Shown: positions 48,516 to 61,732 of the stretch, one piece after another | How the letters are laid out: every line of letters starts with the position of its first letter | How positions within the stretch are numbered: position 1 is the first letter of the stretch | NCBI GenBank assembly: GCA_043228905.1 | Contig: JBHGNT010000003.1 | Location: 18,848,001-18,912,000 of the forward strand | DNA length: 64,000 nt | Source: Azolla caroliniana | Taxonomy: Eukaryota; Plantae; Polypodiophyta | Direction of reading: 5' to 3' | Notes under the pieces: model-generated | The model's database searches: none | What the model saw: the letters and a program-made list of their open reading frames with translations, nothing else | Told to the model about the DNA's origin: nothing | Translations under genes and position numbers: made by a program

Positions 48516-51500
48516 AGAGAGAGAGAGAGAGAGAGACTATGCTTGGGAGATATCCTCGTTAGAGATCCATACATGCACTTGCGCTTTGGAAAGTGTGTAT
48601 AAGAATGTTGCTCAAGATTGGTATTCACATGATCTCATCTATTCTGTTGCCAAAAGGCCAACGCCACACTATAGGCATTGAGCCGCAACCACAATCCATC
48701 GTTACCATGTTCTTCTTGCAAGCTCCCTGAGAAATTCGGGGATATGTTTAATGTTCTAATTTCCCTCTTTCATGCTATTTCAACTCCTTGAGATCAATTA
48801 TAACATGAGTGAGCATTGGTTGGTACTATTGCATCCCATGTTCCTATAAAATACGTTTCAACGACATCATATAAAAAATATTGTGATTGGAAATGTTTGA
48901 GACGTACTCAACATGTAACTTGGTATGTTTTAAAAAGTTAAATAAGGGGTTAGTGCACTCCATGAGAACCAAGAAGATACGAACCATTAATTCTATATGG
49001 GAAGAAATAAGTAGTGGTTTGTCTTGTAGGTGATATTTGATCTAGAGTTTAAATCACCCCACACACCAAGATTTGTTTATGGATCTGGAAAATTTTGGCT
49101 TCTTCAAAACTTAAATGGATAGCGTTGAAATATCAGTTCCCACACTATATCAAGGTATTTTTTTCAGTCTAAGGTTTAAAGGCTATTTACAAAATCTTCC
49201 TAATGAGGTTTCTCTCATTCTTTTATGCCCTTGACATCATTGTTGTTCATATACAATCTTCAATACGTTTTCTCGATTCCTTTTTAGCCTTTCTTGTTTC
49301 CTTGTTCGTAGTCCTCTCATATTGTATTCCTCATTTCCGTTCAAACAATTGATCTTTAGACCTTCTATACCTTTGACAAAATTGGCCGGCTTTAAAATAT
49401 TGCATAAATATGACTATTCCACAAAGTTCAATCCCAAAATGCCTTTGAGATCCTTTGATATTTAATTTCGAAATCTTCATTTAAAATTGCATCTTATAAA
49501 CGAAAGTTCTAGAAATTGATCATTTTGAAATGGAGCCATATACGAAAGGAAGGCCTATTAATATGAATGGTATCACTCTTCTTGCTATAAAGGCCAAAGG
49601 CTTCCAATGTAAGACTCTCTATATTGAGCATTTTTGGATTTCCTTTGGCTCATTGGCACTTCATTCCTAGTTCACTGCTCTAAGGTTTTCCGTTGGATTT
49701 GAAAAGGTTAAGGGTGGATTGCAGTGCATATCCTGCAATGTTGGTTGTAGACATTCCTTTGCACTGAAAAAAGAATGTGTCTTTTCATTTTGATAAACTG
49801 ATTATGTAGAGGAGGAAATGCCTTAAAAAGTGATGGCGACTTATAAATTGGCTCAATGGCAACACATATTTTGACCTTTATTTTGTCTTTATCCTACTTG
49901 ACATGGTCTCTCATTTATACAACGACCCCAAGTAGATATCTTAGTATTTTCAATCGACTACTCTTGATTGGTTGATCTTTAAGGATAGTTTTCTCTTGGC
50001 AACTCATTGTCTTGTAGCTACTCATTTGACTCTTGTTGGTGGATTGTTTGAGAATTGTTACTCTCAGCTAGACATTATTACTGAGATAAAATTGATTCCC
50101 TTTTTTATTTTTTTTAGTACTAAAAGTTTCATGGCTTCTTTTTCCTACTTAAACATGTTCAAGGTTTGGCTATTCAAATCTATTAAGCCTTGGTGTTATC
50201 CTGTTGCTATAAATATTTGCAACAAAAGTTCCATGTATGTGTATGTATGCTATTTCTTTTCTTTTCATTTTGCGATAACAAATTTAAAGCTCTCAGGTTT
50301 TGCATCTCTGACAATTCATGTGATTTCTAACAGGTATTTTTCAGTTCTTGAGAGATTTGTTTGGAAGCTATTTTGGTCCGATTCAATTCCGTATCCCAGA
50401 TCACTGGTTTGTTCTCAATTCAATTTGTTCTAAAATCAATCAAACAAATTGGGATGCTCTACGAATGCAAAAATGTGTCCCGACTTGAGTGATTTTAGAG
50501 TTCTTAAGCTTCTGCAGATCAAATTAGCATGCTTTATTACTGCACATGTAAAGTCGTCCTGGGTTTTTTTTATTGGCTTTTAACCTGTATAGAGCCAGAG
50601 AAAATAATCAAAAATATTACAAAGCTATAGTTTTAAGCAAACAAATTTAAATTCACGATTAAAAGAACACGAAAGTGCACCAACTTACCAACACCGTTTT
50701 TTATTAAAGTTCTGCAGGAAAAAAACCAAGCGACTCTTGACTGTAAAACGAAGTCACGAATCACTGTACTTAAAAGTCCTGAAAAAGAAACAAATATTTA
50801 TCAAATAAACACTTATTGAGTTGAAATAAAATAACATAAATTAACCAGAAGAACATGCAGTAATGAACACAGAAACCATGTATACCACAATGAACAGGTA
50901 GGGGTCGACATACAATCAACACTAAAACAAGTGGACGCACAGTTCAGACAGTAAAACATATTCTAGACTTTGATATGTAAGAAAAATATGACAACAATTC
51001 AAGCTCAAGTTGTGACGAGAAATACATTCGGAATGACCACAACACTTGAAATACTCAGTCCTTGACGTTGGGAGGACAACATGACTAATTATGACAATAC
51101 AATTGGAAAAACATTCTCGGGATTTGATAAACAGCGAAACAGAATGATACTGACAATAAGAATCACAGTAGGAAACTCAAGAATTTCTACCTACAATGAA
51201 ACAAAAGTCATGATCACCATACATTACAAGAATTCTGAGAAACGCATAAATGTTCACAAAACTGTTAAAAAGAATCACGATGCATGCCAGTAATAATTCG
51301 GCACACCACATCACATTAGACTTGCATATAATCACAGATTATCACATTAAATAACAAACAAGTGTTTGCACTATACTATATCGCAGTCATCAGATATGAT
51401 GAAAAACCTTTTGTGTTTATACATCACATTAGTTTTGCACTACACCATGTCACCATGTTTAGATATTGACCATGAGCCATTTCGAAACACTTACTACAAT

Positions 51501-51924
51501 CCAAACAACAATAAGTTTAACATTGAAGAGACAGAGATGATATTTACATTACTTACATTTTATATAGCATTTAATATCTAGACTAACTGCATGTTCCAAC
51601 TCTCGATGAGTAGCAAGACGGATGATTCAATATTTTGCATGTGAATACAGTTCTTTTGCATCACTTCTTTTCCTTGCGCTTGTCCTTTCAATGACGAATG
51701 ACGATTTATCCACTTCACACATTTTTATAAGTCTTTATGCACATTCATTTTCTTCGCAATATCATTATTTTCTCAACCAGACAATGGATCCGCACGTTCT
51801 CTCAAGTATTGACCATACTCAAAAGATTCATCTTCTCCATACCTATTCCATCAAGTAAATGGAAAAAACTACTCTACATAAATGGTTCTTTGAAACATCG
51901 AATGTGTCCACATCATATATACAA

Positions 51925-52272
51925 TTAAGCTGCCTGTTGAATTCTTCTGTGTAAGGAATCACTATTTGATGACGACGAAGAAAAGTCATTATGCTTATGA
52001 ACAGTACTGCATCGATGCAAGCGACACCTGAATGAGCCAGGATGATTTGTAGGAGAACATAAACAAACCTTGGATGAACAAACAGAAGAACCATAAGATT
52101 GTGGAATCAATATTTTTTCATCTGTTGTTATACAGTAGAATGTTGGTTCTGCGGCGAATGTGATGTGTCTTCCTGGAAGCTTTGGCTTCTTTGACGAAGC
52201 CATAGCCGATTTCTTTGGCTTATCAAATCTTTCGGGATTAGACATCATGGATACTATGTCGGAAGTTGTCAT
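51925..52272 (-). CDS. Small plant 'serine-rich protein-related' family protein (115 aa)
   Basis: Contains the family motif CLCSPTNHPGSFRCRLHR followed by a Ser run. Likely 5' UTR intron (GTAAG donor ~52796, CACAG acceptor ~52285). Confidence 0.85.
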   Translation of the reverse strand: MTTSDIVSMMSNPERFDKPKKSAMASSKKPKLPGRHITFAAEPTFYCITTDEKILIPQSYGSSVCSSKVCLCSPTNHPGSFRCRLHRCSTVHKHNDFSSSSSNSDSLHRRIQQAA

Positions 52273-53289
52273 GGTAGGTTTATTCTGTGAGAAATCATAA
52301 AAAATTATGTAAGGTAACTGGTGAGAAGGTTGTTTCTAAATGGTAACACAAATCCAACAGAAACAATAGATATTGCTCAAAATATATCAAGGCAATCAGG
52401 CAAGTGTTGTAAAACATGCTGAGCTGAGAGGGTAGGGAGAAAATCAACGCAACCAAAAATTAGACACGTCCATCTGTAAATTTCATGTTACAATGTGTGG
52501 AAGAATAAGGATAAGTAGAGTTCAAACGATCAGATAGTGAAGCATCAATCATCTAACAGGTCAAAACTTTGAAACAAAATAGAAAAATGAAACATTTACC
52601 AGTTGAAAGTATGTATGCAAAATAAATAGTGACACATCAAATATACACAAGAAGGAGAAGTTTCAAAACAGCTTATGTATATAGAACAACGCACAGGATA
52701 AGCGATTGCAACCATTGATCAAAAGATATAAATCTTCGGACAACGCGAAGAAAAGTGGACTGAGCAGGGTAAAAATCGTGAAGTATACTTGCTTACCTTC
52801 GAAAAGCGGACGGTCGAAAAGCGATCGGTGCAGACGACCAAAAGAATTGAGATCTGCTGAGAGTACGGATCACAATCGGTGAGTATCGATCGGCAATTAG
52901 GAAAGAGAAGAGAACGGCTAAAGCCTAAGAGGGAAGAAGAAGAAAAAGAGGATGATGATGAGAAAGAAGAAAACTAAGGAGGTGGGGGGGGGGGGGGGGG
53001 GGGATGAAGATGAAGATGAAGAAGGATGGCGATGGCGATGATGGTGATGATAGACAAAACTAGATTACTTCTGCAGGCCGACGACGAATCTTTCCGTGCG
53101 AGAGGCGTGGCGAGGAGCAGCGATGGGGACTGAACAAGGAAGAGAAGGAGAGAGCGGTAAGATCAAAAGAAGAAGACAGACAAAAGGAAGGAAGGAAGGA
53201 AGGAAGGAAGGAAGGAGGAGACAGGGAGGTAAGTAGGCTATGGCGGAGGATGAGAGGCAAAGCGAACTGTACTGTGGTTGAAGCCACGC

Positions 53290-53296
53290 TTTTATA
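53290..53296 (-). promoter_or_regulatory. Probable TATA box of the serine-rich protein gene
   Basis: Minus-strand CCTATAAAAG immediately upstream of a long CT-rich leader (53260-52800). Confidence 0.55.
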
Positions 53297-53914
53297 GGCA
53301 AGAAGAACGGAGAAGATGACGGAAAACCGGAGAGAAGATGACGGGAAACCGGGCCTCAGGTTTTGACGACGCGGTTTTGCCTGGCTTTTGGAGACCGGTT
53401 TTTTTTTTCTCGCCAAAAAAGAAAAGAAAAAAAATAAAACCAGGACACCCGGCAAAGTGGTTTTTGTCTTCTTCCCAAAAAAAAAGTCTTCTTCATCTCC
53501 GCAAATCTTGGCGGGACTCGCGAGCGGTTTTTATGTATCTTCGTCTCCATCCCATCCCCAAAAGGAAAAAATAAAAACAAAAGAAAAACACACACAAAAA
53601 AGGATAAATAAATAATGAAGCAATTCAATTTCATCACTTTAACTCATTTAAAATTAAAATCCCAAATTTTAAAGTCTATTTTTTTATTTATTGGCGCGCG
53701 ATGAGATCACGTGCACGCCCACGCCCCCTCGTGGGAGACAACCCCCCCCCTCCCACACACACACAAAACAAAACAAAAAATTTATCACTATTAATGTTTT
53801 CCTAAATTAAACTTTTGACCCCCTCCTTTCCCCAAATCACATGACCTGTCCCTTGCTTTCGCTTAAATTACCAAAATACCCCTCCTTTCATCTCTCCTTT
53901 TTTTTTTTAAATTT

Positions 53915-54680
53915 GTATTTAGCTTTTTACCCTGGTGGCAAGTTGTTGTTACCCAACAAGCCTTACGTCTTGGGTTCGAAACCTGACTTTCTCACCTCTT
54001 TATTACAGTCGTACATATCTCTTAATTCACTAGATGCCACTATGAAATGTAGGGGTTGAAGTCTTAATTCACTAGATGCCACTATGAAATGTAGGGGTTG
54101 AACCCAATACCTCCTAGTCTCCATTAGGCAACCTTAACTCTGCCTCTCTCTCTCTCTCTCTCTTTTTGGTGAAAACACACAATTATATGTGTGTGAGAAA
54201 CAGTACTTACTAGCAATGGGCATGGTTCGGTTAAAACAAAAACCAAACCAAACCGTTTAGGGAAAAGTTGAAACCAAACAAAACCATTTAATAAAAAATT
54301 TTAAACCTAACCACTTAAGTCAAACTAATTAAACATCTAAATAAACAAAAATACATTAAATTAAATAAGCATTTAAGTTAAATTAATTAAATCAATAAAA
54401 AACCATTAATTAAACCATTAAATCAAACAACTATTAAGGTAAAAATAAATTTAAGCAAAAACCTATAAATCTTTAAACCAAACCTATAAACCCCAAATTG
54501 AACCGAAACCGAACCGTTTATCGAATATTTAAACCATTAAATTTTTTTGAACCCAATAAACCGTTAAACCATGGCTTAACGGTTTGGTTCGGTTTGAGCC
54601 GAAACCGTGCCCATTGCTACTACTTACCAATGACTGTCACAATGGAGTATGGTGACCCACTAACTACATGGGTAGTGGAC
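53915..54680 (+). mobile_element. SINE-like two-tRNA-module repeat, copy 2, with an internal 43-bp duplication and interrupted by a MITE
   Basis: TACCCTGGTGG (53928) and GGTTCGAAACC (53973). Antisense B box GGGGTTGAACCC at ~54094. 54635-54679 is the reverse complement of 46983-47027. Confidence 0.7.
54211..54619. mobile_element. Non-autonomous hAT-type MITE (409 bp)
   Basis: TIRs TAGCAATGGGCATGGTT / AACCGTGCCCATTGCTA. 8-bp TSD GTACTTAC / CTACTTAC (7 of 8). Subterminal AAACC/AACCG repeats and an AT-rich core. Confidence 0.88.
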
Positions 54681-57600
54681 TTACCTCTCTCTCTCTCAAT
54701 TTTATTATTTTTTATTTTTTATTTTTACTTTCGATGAATGGAATGGTACCCCATATTTGTTGTAAACCAATTGTCTCATGGGCCAATTTTGGTCTTAGAA
54801 GGCGTTAATATTTCTTTCTTTCTCTCTCTCTCTCTCTCTCAAGCTTGTTCATTCCTCCCTAGGAAACACTAACAAGCTCCTATATCGGGTCGTCTTACTC
54901 GAGCTTATCTACCTATCTTTTGACACTTTGTGCATGAATTCGGTCCTTTGGCATGTAATGTCTCAATATTTCTTTTTTTTTGTATATAGCATATACATGG
55001 CCTTAGCTTCTAAGACATGGCACACTTGTTTAATGTGATGTAATGTCGTACATCACACAAATTTGGCGTTTACGTAGATCTTTACTATTGTATTGTATTG
55101 TTTGTTCCCTTTGAGACGATTTTGAGAGAGGACACGGAGTTTAGTATGACTTTTTGAGTATGTTATATATAGAAGGTTGGGTTGAATTTTTGCACTAAGA
55201 ACAACTATAGTGCGTGATACGATGTTGTGTTCACGAATATACATGTTGTCTTTTAGTACAAATTCCTCTATAATGTTTGTGGAGAAAACAAATCCTTTTG
55301 GCTAGAAGCCTTAACCAGGAAAGAGGTAGAATTTTGTGTGCATCACAAGCACGAGTCAATGTAAAAAAAATAAAGGGCTCGTGAAATTGTACATTCTTAA
55401 AGGTTTAAAGCCAATCACGAGATGAGTTGTCATGTTGGACATAAACCTTAATTAATGAATGGTCAAGCAAGATACATAAATAACACAAATATGTATGAAT
55501 ATATCAACAACGCTCACAAGAATTTAGACCTTCAAGACAAATGAATGAATAAACCAGACCTTTCTTGTTACACAAATTTTGAACAAACCTAGTAACGACG
55601 ATTAGTAACAAATCAATCGTTTTGTTTATTTATCCTGAACAAAGCCACAAGCCATGCATGTGGACTTATCTATTGATAGTTCTGTTTTTGGCAACGCAAT
55701 GCATTGCCTCTTATTTGTGAATGTGTTTGTTCATATATGGATTAATGTATAAATTTGAGAATGGAATCCATCGAAATTTGTAAACTTGTTATTTACGCAT
55801 TAATGCGCAACAGGATATGTTATTTTCATGTAATCAAATTGTCGAATATGAGAGCATTTTCATAATAACATGGTTAGTACAAATTTTCATTCTCAAATGT
55901 CGGCCACATCCAATTAGGCTTTTCATAAGATTAGGTTGTGCTTTGGTTCTCATCGAAATGGAAAAGTTAGAATGTACTATTGGATCTCCGATTGACCACT
56001 TGGTTTGCATTAGTTAGCTCGTAATGTACACCATAAATAATGTGCCACATTATTATCTCTCAACATATTAATCGGAACTTTGTCTTATCTATCTCGAATA
56101 AAACAATCCTACCCGATATAGTGTGTATGTAAGATTTTCTTGTTACAATACATTGATGGATCCCTAATACGCATTACCATGCACATGTCACACCATTAGA
56201 TTTCAACATACGAGTGGAGGCAATGAGAAACCTACCCTATATTCTATAGGATTTATCCTTTGTTTTACATTCAATTTGTCCCTAATGGACACCATTATGC
56301 ACATGACACACAATTACCTCTCAAGATCCAATCGATCTTCTCGTATGACTTGGACCTTTATGTTCTACAATCTACCATACCATATACTTCTCACGCACCT
56401 CAGAGCCATCATTCATTATATGCACATAAGTTCCCAATGTAATCTATATCCGTTACTAATGCACAATGTCATGAATGTTTCACATGTGTATGTACTCGCG
56501 TCACTTCAACTTATTATGTTAACATTTGAATTTTATTTCTCTCGGCTTTACTTTACAAATATCCAATCAAACCCACATGGTAGTCACATCGATCCACGTA
56601 GAGTTCCCATGTTTCCCAACAACGAATGCTTGAGCCTTAAATATTATTTTCAATTGGAAGACTATCGAGGTTTCCCTAGTTCCTCTATGCAAAGTCAATT
56701 AGTGACTTATAAGTTATGAAGCCATTCATATTTTCCACATGTTGATTGTATTATAAAATCAATTTGTGTATCTACTCTTTCAACATACAAACAAAAACAT
56801 GCAATGTAATCAATACTTTCCAGCTTGTTGTTGTTATCCTACAATCATTTGAGGATGAGTATTGTGGAACATTCATGCTAGACATGAACAAGGTTATTCC
56901 AATTTCATGGTATTCTTGAGAAATGTTGAATCTTGATGTACGTCCGCATTTCTTTGCTCGGTGACAATTCATATTGATCGCATTCACTCATTAGTTCATC
57001 ATGTGATCATTTTCATTGTATGGCTTCAAAAAAAACTTATAGTTCGATATGAAGAAGAACATGTAAAGCAACAAAGAAAATATCCATACACATCAATTGT
57101 CCTTCTAACAAGCCACGTGACATGTTATCCATTTTTTCATTCTATATCAATATGTGCACATATCAAATTTCCTATCAATTAGGTAAGGTTGTACTATTTA
57201 TGGTAGATGTAAACTTGCTCAAAATCACAAAGAAACAAGCATTTCAAAACATAAATGTTTTGCTTTCTTATTTTGCTTGTAGGCTTATGATTTCAATGTG
57301 ATACACTACAAACACGTGTTAAATGCCCATACCAACATGAAATAGCTTGCAAGTAAGACACAACCATGTTTAAAATATTGCTATTGTTTATGATGTATGA
57401 ACAATATGTCACGTGGCATGTTAAAAGGGCATCTAACTTGTATGGATATTTGCTTTGTTGATTTTTGAAATACAGAATTCACTTTGACGTAAGTGAGGAT
57501 TGTTAAAGATACAAGCGAATTGTATGGAACACTTAAAATTTCAATTTCTCGTTTAAAGAAATTATTGAACTGAAGTATCTACCTAGTTATCATTTGCTCA

Positions 57601-57794
57601 CGCCAATTAAAGGTGGTTGGACACATTTTTACCTTTAAGCGTGGTAAACAACTTCCAGTACTAAACCCACATCTATGTGCCTATCCACATACATGGTCAT
57701 GACTCACGAGTCATGACTCATACTTTAGTCAAGTGTGTGATGTGTTCTTCCTTTGATGTCCAATGCATTTTACCAATACATTATGTGTTACGGG

Positions 57795-57898
57795 ATGACT
57801 TTATCCAAGTGTATAGAATTCTACGGTAACATTTACCACGGGATATGGTCATGCCCGTAAGTGTTACCGTAGTATTCTATACACATGGATAAAGTCAT
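57795..57898. repeat. Long near-perfect inverted repeat (foldback hairpin, ~50-bp arms)
   Basis: ATGACTTTATCCAAGTGTATAGAATTCTACGGTAACATTTAC pairs with GTAAGTGTTACCGTAGTATTCTATACACATGGATAAAGTCAT with 3 mismatches in 42. Confidence 0.92.
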
Positions 57899-60800
57899 AA
57901 CCATAACATTATGGATGTTCCAATTTGTTGGATCTAACATAATTTAATGCATACCAAGTTTCAATGTTTTTATATCTAACATAATGAATGTGTTTCATTG
58001 AAGTACTTGGACAACAAACCACATGTATATATGCATAATATTAATAAGGATTTATTTAATACGTGGATTACATATGATCTGTTATTATTTGTGTTGAATT
58101 GAGGCTGCTTTCTTCCATCTTTGCATGTTATCCTTCAAAAGTTCACATCCAAACCTTCATTATCTTTTGGAAATAACTCAATTCAAATAGTTCATGTGGC
58201 CTTCATGATATATCATTGTATGAACTTTAGGCACGAGTTATTAACAAAATTTGTAATGGTCATGATATACTCTACATTATAGAACCCATACCCACACAAC
58301 ATTAATTTATCATGTATCATGTGTCCAAGGCATGCACAAATTTTCTTTAATTGTGTAACTTTACCCAAAACAAGAAAGGTGGCTTTGGAGGGGTCATCAT
58401 ACAAGGAAGCATGAATGTAGAGTCATCTAAGAATTGGTAAACAACAAATAGTGAGTTGTGTGTGGGATGTCTGGGAACAATTGATGGCAAATTAAAAGCC
58501 CCGTATTAGAACTTACTTTGAAGCTACTTTCATTGTGCATCCAACGACTTTGTAAGCTTACTTACTTCTAACAATGATGCGTGCTTCTTGATTTATTGAG
58601 AGGATGAAAAAGACACCCACATCCCTAGAGTATTGACATTGAATGGTTGACTTGTACGGTTCTATAAGCAATTTATTTAACATTTCACCACTTTCACACA
58701 TACATATAAGAGGATTACATACATTCCTTTTGGTAAAAGTTGAGCAAACTTCACCTTCAATTTATGCGTAAATTATCCCATTGCAAGTGTTGCAGATGAT
58801 GTCGAAGAAGATAAAAGAGGATGAATAACAATATTGTACGTGCCCCTTGCATTATGTACAATTTGATATTGGGTAAAGATAGTTGAATGAACGATGGGTC
58901 AAAACTTATAGCACAAACATGCTCACGTACCGCTCATTAGTTTGAAAATGTTGTTAAATCCAAGTGGGTTATTTTTAAGGATATAGATAATGACGTTCTG
59001 TTTTTACATGTGATCATAAACCCTCAACATTGGTACAGTAAATGCGGCATGCATTTAAGCTATGTGTGGATATTTTCCGTTAATTTTCGCCCTAATTCAA
59101 GTAAGTATCGCATTGATAATCATTTTTATAATATCACCAAATTTGCGCAAACAAATCATACTTGCCTTTAATAACTAATGTGTACAAGGGCAAAGGTTGT
59201 TGGTTTTGGTCTTTAATTACCCATTTGCTTTGAGTAACTAAATGAACTAGATTTAGTAGGTAAACTGGTTCACATTTTACCGAAGGTTATGGATGTGTGA
59301 TGTAGTGATATATCTCACTTTTTTTTTGCCTTAGACTGCCACTGTTTTAATCACTATATGCACTAGATCTAGAAAATAAAATGGTTCACATTTTGTTGAG
59401 GGATATGTACTATGTATTGATATTTTTAAAATCAAGAGGAGTATTATTTATTTATTTTACAAATAATATTAAAGGGGGCAATTTATGTTTATCCAAGAAA
59501 CTTTTGTTTTTTGTGGATCTCAGAAGGTGACAAACTATCTAGTGTAAATATGGAGATATTGGGATATTGTACTAAGGACAAAAGCCAAAAGGATGTATGA
59601 TCATTTAAAGAATTTGACAAAAGTACGTTTTTATGAAGTCAACTACTTGATATATTTAAAACATAGTCGAACCTTGAGAAAGTGCCAAAACATGAGAAAA
59701 ACATACACACACACACACGCACGCACGCACACACACACAACATGCTCATGGACAATATAAGAACCTTGTACGATACAACCAACCAATAGTGGAGTCGTGC
59801 AATGTATCTAACCAATAATGGAGCCGATGGGTTTGGTTGAGTCAAGTCCACATACCTTGTGTTTCACCACTTAACCTAATGCTATTAGAAAAAATATTTT
59901 ATTCTTCTTACAAGACCAACTCATTCATATTTTGGTAAAATCTACAATTTGCATATGCATATAATATATCTATGTATTCAGACGAAGGTCCATGTGTTTG
60001 AGAATGTTGTAGTAGTTTTCTCCCAATATATTGCTTTAGTAAGTGATAACGGAGGGGTTGAGCCAAACTCTCGAAACCCCCACCCCATTATGTTTGAGGG
60101 AGATTTATGACAAAATAACGTTGTTAAGAGAGTTCATGAAATGGGAGGGAATTTATAGTTCTTCTTTCCTTAAGTCACATATCTTCATACTAATCATCTT
60201 ATGAATCACATGTTTAATCATGCTATTAAAGATTCTTTCTTATCTTTTGATCAACTTAGTCATCAACCTTGTCATTGTCACACTCATGTCCGCTATCACT
60301 GCAAGTTTCACATGGATCAATTAGTGTCATAAAAACTAGGAATCCACAATGTTTGTAGATTGCTTTGATGCTTTGAGCGTAACTTAGCTAGGATTAAATA
60401 GTTAAAAACAAAACAATGATGTTCTTGTGCATGGTTCATTCTTCAAATATATAACATGTTTTGAAAACATGCTGGTTTTTGCTTGCACAAACTATTGACG
60501 CCCATTTGATTTGGTGATTGTCAACCAAAGGGTGCTTTGTGCTTTTGTTTGCATTGTGGATCCTTGCACCTACTGATGTCCATGATCTACATTGGTCAAG
60601 CATTAGACACATTATGAAAGCTCCTAGTTGCAAGGCAATTCCTTTGAAGGCACCATATTGTTAGTAAACATTTGTGACTTTTTAGAGACATTTGGCATTA
60701 TGCGTATATGATTGACATCTAAACCCTAAATTTGGGTACATATTATTTCAAACTTTAATCCTAACCTAATGAACAAGCATGCATGCAAACAATGCGAACC

Positions 60801-61418
60801 CATTACACATATTTTACGAACCTTAAGATTTCAGTTTTACTAACTATGCAAGGATACATGTGCATTCTCAACAACAATACATCTCTATTTTTATGGGAGC
60901 CCTCAAAGCATCACTTTCATATCACTGCATCTACTGAGGTATTCACATTTGCTTTGAGTTTCTACAACTCTTAATTAAAATGAGTAATCACCTGTTTGTT
61001 TACACAACGGTGCACAAATCCACACATTCAATTCAACATCAAATTACACATGGACTCCATGCATAGATTTCTGTCATTATTTGCAAATTGCAATGTCAAA
61101 TGAGATACTCCAATATGTCAGTTCACATCCCATGACCGATATTCAACATGGAACAAATGGACAGCACAATTGACTATGTATGTCAATTATCACACAACAA
61201 AGGTACCAAAGAGCTTCCCAGCGAATTTTATAGAGCATGTTGAAGAACATGATCATTGTCCATGCAATGCCACGGGCTGTTTTGGACAGTAACCAGTTAT
61301 TATTTGTAAAGATGGAGTGTTTTACATTTTAAAAATTCAGAGAGATAGAAAAGAACCAGATTTTTTCATTATTCAATCAGTTTTTAGATGATTATTTGAA
61401 GTCAATATCAAGCTCCCA

Positions 61419-61553
61419 GATTCAAAAAGTGAGAAGATGACGCCAAACGAATACATGATTGATGAATGAATGCCATACCAATGAGAGTATGGAGATGAGA
61501 TCCACTCAGTGGATTCAAAAAGTGAGAAGATGACGCCAAACGAATACATGATT
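61419..61553. repeat. 42-bp direct repeat, copies 93 bp apart
   Basis: GATTCAAAAAGTGAGAAGATGACGCCAAACGAATACATGATT at 61419 and 61512. Confidence 0.95.
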
Positions 61554-61732
61554 TACAGACCCTCTGAGAGAATGTGAACGAAAAATTCATAATGTCCTTA
61601 TAGAAGGCGAGTTCTTATGTGCATTTGTGTGGAATTCTTTTTATGTTCTAAATGATACTTAAAATAACATTTTAAGCACATCTTACCAATCAACTCCTTA
61701 AAAGTTTTCCTTCGCATCATCCCATGTCCTTT

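Noticed and set aside
49380-49640. Ulp1-like protease remnant on the minus strand
   Set aside because: HW...Q...CG spacing is suggestive but interrupted by stops and lacks a clear catalytic Asp context.
53060-53637. ORFs of 78-131 aa upstream of the serine-rich gene
   Set aside because: Low-complexity leader and promoter sequence (TCCT and A/T runs).
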